This document shows positions 61,147 to 64,000 of a DNA stretch of 64,000 bases, piece by piece. A model generated the notes under the pieces. It was not told where the DNA came from and made no database searches. It saw nothing but the letters and a program-made list of their open reading frames with translations. The translations under genes and the position numbers were made by a program. The DNA comes from an uncultured Actinomycetota bacterium. Lineage in GTDB: Bacteria; Actinomycetota; Actinomycetes; Propionibacteriales; Propionibacteriaceae. The number at the start of each line of letters is the position of its first letter. Position 1 is the first letter of the stretch. The stretch is from the NCBI GenBank assembly GCA_963832435.1, contig CAWHTY010000022.1:22312-86311 (forward strand), written 5' to 3'.

Positions 61147-63595
61147 ATGGGCTGGTGGCCGCTGGGCCGGCACCGGCGTCAGCCGGATGCCGGCGCGCCC
61201 GCTGCCGTGCCCGCCGGGCCCACCGCGTCCGCTCCGGCCGCCCGCGGAGCCGCCGCCTGGCGCGACCTGCCGCCCGTGCAGCGCAGCCTGGATGTCCCGG
61301 TGGCGCCGGTGGCCATCGGTGACGGGTTCCGCCGCTCGCTGGCCGCCCACCAGGACCCGAGCTTCCTGGCCCCCCTGAGCCACCAGGTCGACCCGGCAGC
61401 CGGGGGTCTGGTCGACAGCCTGCTCACCACCGGCGTCCCGCACGTCCACCCGTCCGGGGGTGAGCTGGTCGTCCCGCCGCCGGCACCCCGGCCGAGCCGC
61501 TCGGTCCAGCGCCGCACGTCGACCCCGCCCTCCGGTCCGACCGGGCCGCGTCGGTCGAGGCGGCGCCGCGATGCCGGGTCCACCGACCCCGCGGATGCCG
61601 GCCCGACCGCCGGTGAGGACCTGACCACGGTGGCCTGGGAGCCGGCCTGGACCCTGGACACCGCTGCCTCCATCGGCCCTACCCCGATCGGCCCTGCCCC
61701 GATCGGCCCTGCCCCGATCGGCCCTGCCCCGATCGGCCGTGCCCCGATCGGCCCTGCCCCGATCGGCCCTGCCCCCATCGACTCTGCCCCGACCGAGCCT
61801 GCCCCGACCGAAGTTGCCGCGGCCGACCCCGTCTCGATTGACGCGCCGGTGCTGGCCACCGGCCCGGGCTCACGGCAGACCCCGGCGGCTCCGGCGGTCG
61901 CCGCCCCGTCGGTGCAGCGCTCGCTGCTCGGTACCACCGCTCCGGACCGCGGGCCGGCCGCTGCGGCGTCGGCGGCCCCGAACACCGGTCTCCCGACAAC
62001 CCCGGCAGGGCCGATCGGCTCCGTCGCGGCGTCCGGCGGGCGCAGTGCGACCCCGGATGCTCCCGTGCTGGCCCGCAGCCTCGCGGGCCCGCCGAGCAGC
62101 CCGGCCCCGGTGCCGACCACCGCCGAAGGTCCCGGTTCGCATCCGCCGCACGCGATGAGGCCGAGCCGCGAGCCGCCCGGGCGGCCGGCTGCCCGGCCGG
62201 CCGACGAGCTCCCGGTCGGCCAGCTCTCGGTCGGCCAGCTCCCGGTGGTCCAGCTCCGGGCGAACCGGACCGCCGGGGATGACTCCGGATGGCCCGGTCG
62301 CAGCGCCCCGGCGGGGCCCGCGCCGGGTGCGTCGACCGCCCCCGGCCGGGATCTCCAGAGCCCACGCGCAAGGAGCCGTGAGCCGGGTCCGCCCACGGTC
62401 GCCCCGGCTGCGGTCGACTCCGGCGGGGACCCCCACTCCGGGCTGGGGTCGGTGCGCGTTGAGGACGCCCGGTGGCCGGCCGACCCGGCGCTCCCGGTGG
62501 TCGCCCGCACGATCGCCGCGCCAGCCGACGGAGAGGGACGGGTGGGGGCCGAGCAGCGGGCGGCGGAGGTGCCGACCCGGCCCAGGTGGCCACCCTCGGC
62601 CCGCGGCTGACCGACGCGCCCCTGATCGTCCCGGCCGGGCCGCTCGGGAGCGCGGCGCCGCCCCCCGCACCCGTACAGCGCCTGGAGCTGGGCGGCTCCG
62701 CACCGAACCGGTCGACCCGGCTGCCGCCGTCGCGCGCGGCCCAGGCCGCGGCGAGACCGGCGCCGCCCAGTCAGCCGTCCGCCCGGGGGGATGGGGCGTC
62801 GGCGCAGCCGCATCCGCTGCAGCGGCTCGCCCAGGATGCGGTCCGGCGGGTCTCGGGCCTGACCCCGCCGAGCCCGTCGCCGGTTCTGGTCCAGCGGGTC
62901 TCCCCGCCCACGGCCGAGCCGCGGCTCCAGGCCCCGCCGGCTAGCCCGGCGCCGGTCTCGGTGCCCAACGACGGGGGCCCCGGCGCCGGTCCGGTCGCGG
63001 GGGCGGTCACGGGTGTCGGCTGGAACGCCGGCCCGGTCAGCGCCCCCCTGGTGGAGGCCGTCGCCCTCGAGACCGACCGGGCGACGGTCCCGGCGGCCTT
63101 CCCGTCGGAGCCGGGTCCGCTCCCGACCGGTCCGCGAGTCGTCGTCGGCCCACCCGTCCCGCTGCAGCGGGCCCTCGACACCTCTGGCTCCGGGCCCGGG
63201 TTCGGCGCCGGGTCGCCGCCCGCCCACCGGCCCGCGGTCCAGAGCGCGCCGGTCGTCCTGCGCCGGGCCGGCTCCGACCCCCTGGGGCAGCGGGGCACGC
63301 GTCCCCGGCCGTGCCGTTCGCTGCCATGTTCGGGTCGGGTCACTCCGAGGATCCAGCCGGCGACGGCTACACCAGCGTGCAGCTGCAGCCCGCGGCGGAG
63401 GCTCCGCCACCTGCTCCGCCGCCCACCGAAGCGCCGGCGGCCGGGCCCGCCCCGACGGCGGCCGCGCCCGGTGGAGGGGCACCCGCCCCTGACCTGGACG
63501 AGATGGCGCGGCGCTTGTACGAGCCGCTCTCGGCCCGGCTGCGGGCCGAGCTGTGGCTGGACCGAGAACGGGCCGGGGTGATGGGTGATGTCTAG
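61147..63595 (+). CDS. Long Pro/Ala-rich disordered eCIS protein in the tape-measure position; frameshifts near 62570 and 63290
   Basis: GAGGAGG RBS; N-terminal WRDLPPVQRS..FRRSLAAHQDPSFLAPLSH; C-terminal DLDEMARRLYEPLSARLRAELWLDRERAG. Confidence 0.7.
61672..61806 (+). repeat. 15-bp tandem repeat x~9 encoding (IGPAP)
   Basis: ATCGGCCCTGCCCCG units, degenerating at the 3' end. Confidence 0.9.
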
Positions 63596-63687
63596 CGCCC
63601 GCCCACGGCCCGGGCCCGTTCAGCCCATCCGCACGCAATCCACCCGCACCCACGCGATCAGCTCGCGACACAACACGGGGGTCGACC

Positions 63688-64000
63688 ATGGCTGACAACA
63701 GCGACCCGGCGGTCAGCGTCTGCTTCACCGTCCGGATCGACGACGACGAACTCGGCTGGTTCAACACCTGCGAGGGGCTCGGGCTCGAGGTGGTGCTCGA
63801 GCAGCGCGAGGAGGGCGGCAACAACGGGTTCGTCTGGCAGCTGCCGACCCGGATCAAGTACGGCAACGTCAAGCTGAGCCGCCCGGTGGGCAAGGACAGC
63901 GCCAAGCTGACGGCCTGGCTGTGCAGCTTCGCGACCGGGGTGAAGCGACAGACCGCCATCATCACCGCGATGACGGGCGACCGGGACGTGGTCGCCACCT
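63688..64000 (+). CDS. Second tail tube-like protein (gp19/Afp5 type), 3'-truncated by the window
   Basis: DPAVSVCFTVRID..LGWFNTCEGLGLEV.LEQREEGGNNGFVWQLPTRIKYGNVKLSR. Confidence 0.9.
   Translation, partial: MADNSDPAVSVCFTVRIDDDELGWFNTCEGLGLEVVLEQREEGGNNGFVWQLPTRIKYGNVKLSRPVGKDSAKLTAWLCSFATGVKRQTAIITAMTGDRDVVAT

Noticed and set aside
58475-64000. Prophage or T6SS interpretation of the tail genes
   Set aside because: No head, terminase, integrase or TssJLM/ClpV genes; DUF4255, DUF4157 and the Afp15-like ATPase point to eCIS.

Overview
High-GC actinobacterial chromosome segment, probably Propionibacteriales-like (inferred from gene content). It spans the replication origin: gnd-dnaN-[small ORF]-oriC-dnaA on the minus strand, then rpmH-rnpA-yidD-yidC-jag-rsmG-parA-parB with two parS sites. 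The usual origin-flanking genes follow (ddl, trxAB, sigM/anti-sigma, murJ-pseudokinase, CCA-adding enzyme), then an accessory stretch (LCP, Wzm/Wzt, YciI+ECF42, a repeat-tailed Ser/Thr kinase). The left end holds a heavily frameshifted type VII secretion EccC. From about 46.5 kb to the right edge lies the first half of a Streptomyces-type extracellular/cytoplasmic contractile injection system (eCIS): LuxR regulator, two membrane proteins, DUF4255, AAA ATPase, stand-alone DUF4157, a ~1450-aa putative effector, sheath, tube, chaperone pair, a long disordered protein and a second tube. Three signals stand out. (1) An apparent programmed -1 frameshift (G GGG GAA just before a stop, followed by a perfect 11-bp stem) joins the post-tube ORF to a start-less DUF6760-like ORF, like a phage G/GT tail-assembly-chaperone pair. 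(2) A conserved operator, STGCCC-N4-GGGCAG-N6-CTGCCC, precedes three eCIS transcription units. (3) [VL]QR motifs are shared among the putative cargo proteins. Scattered single-base frameshifts in many genes look like long-read indel errors. All family assignments are from motif recognition, not database searches.
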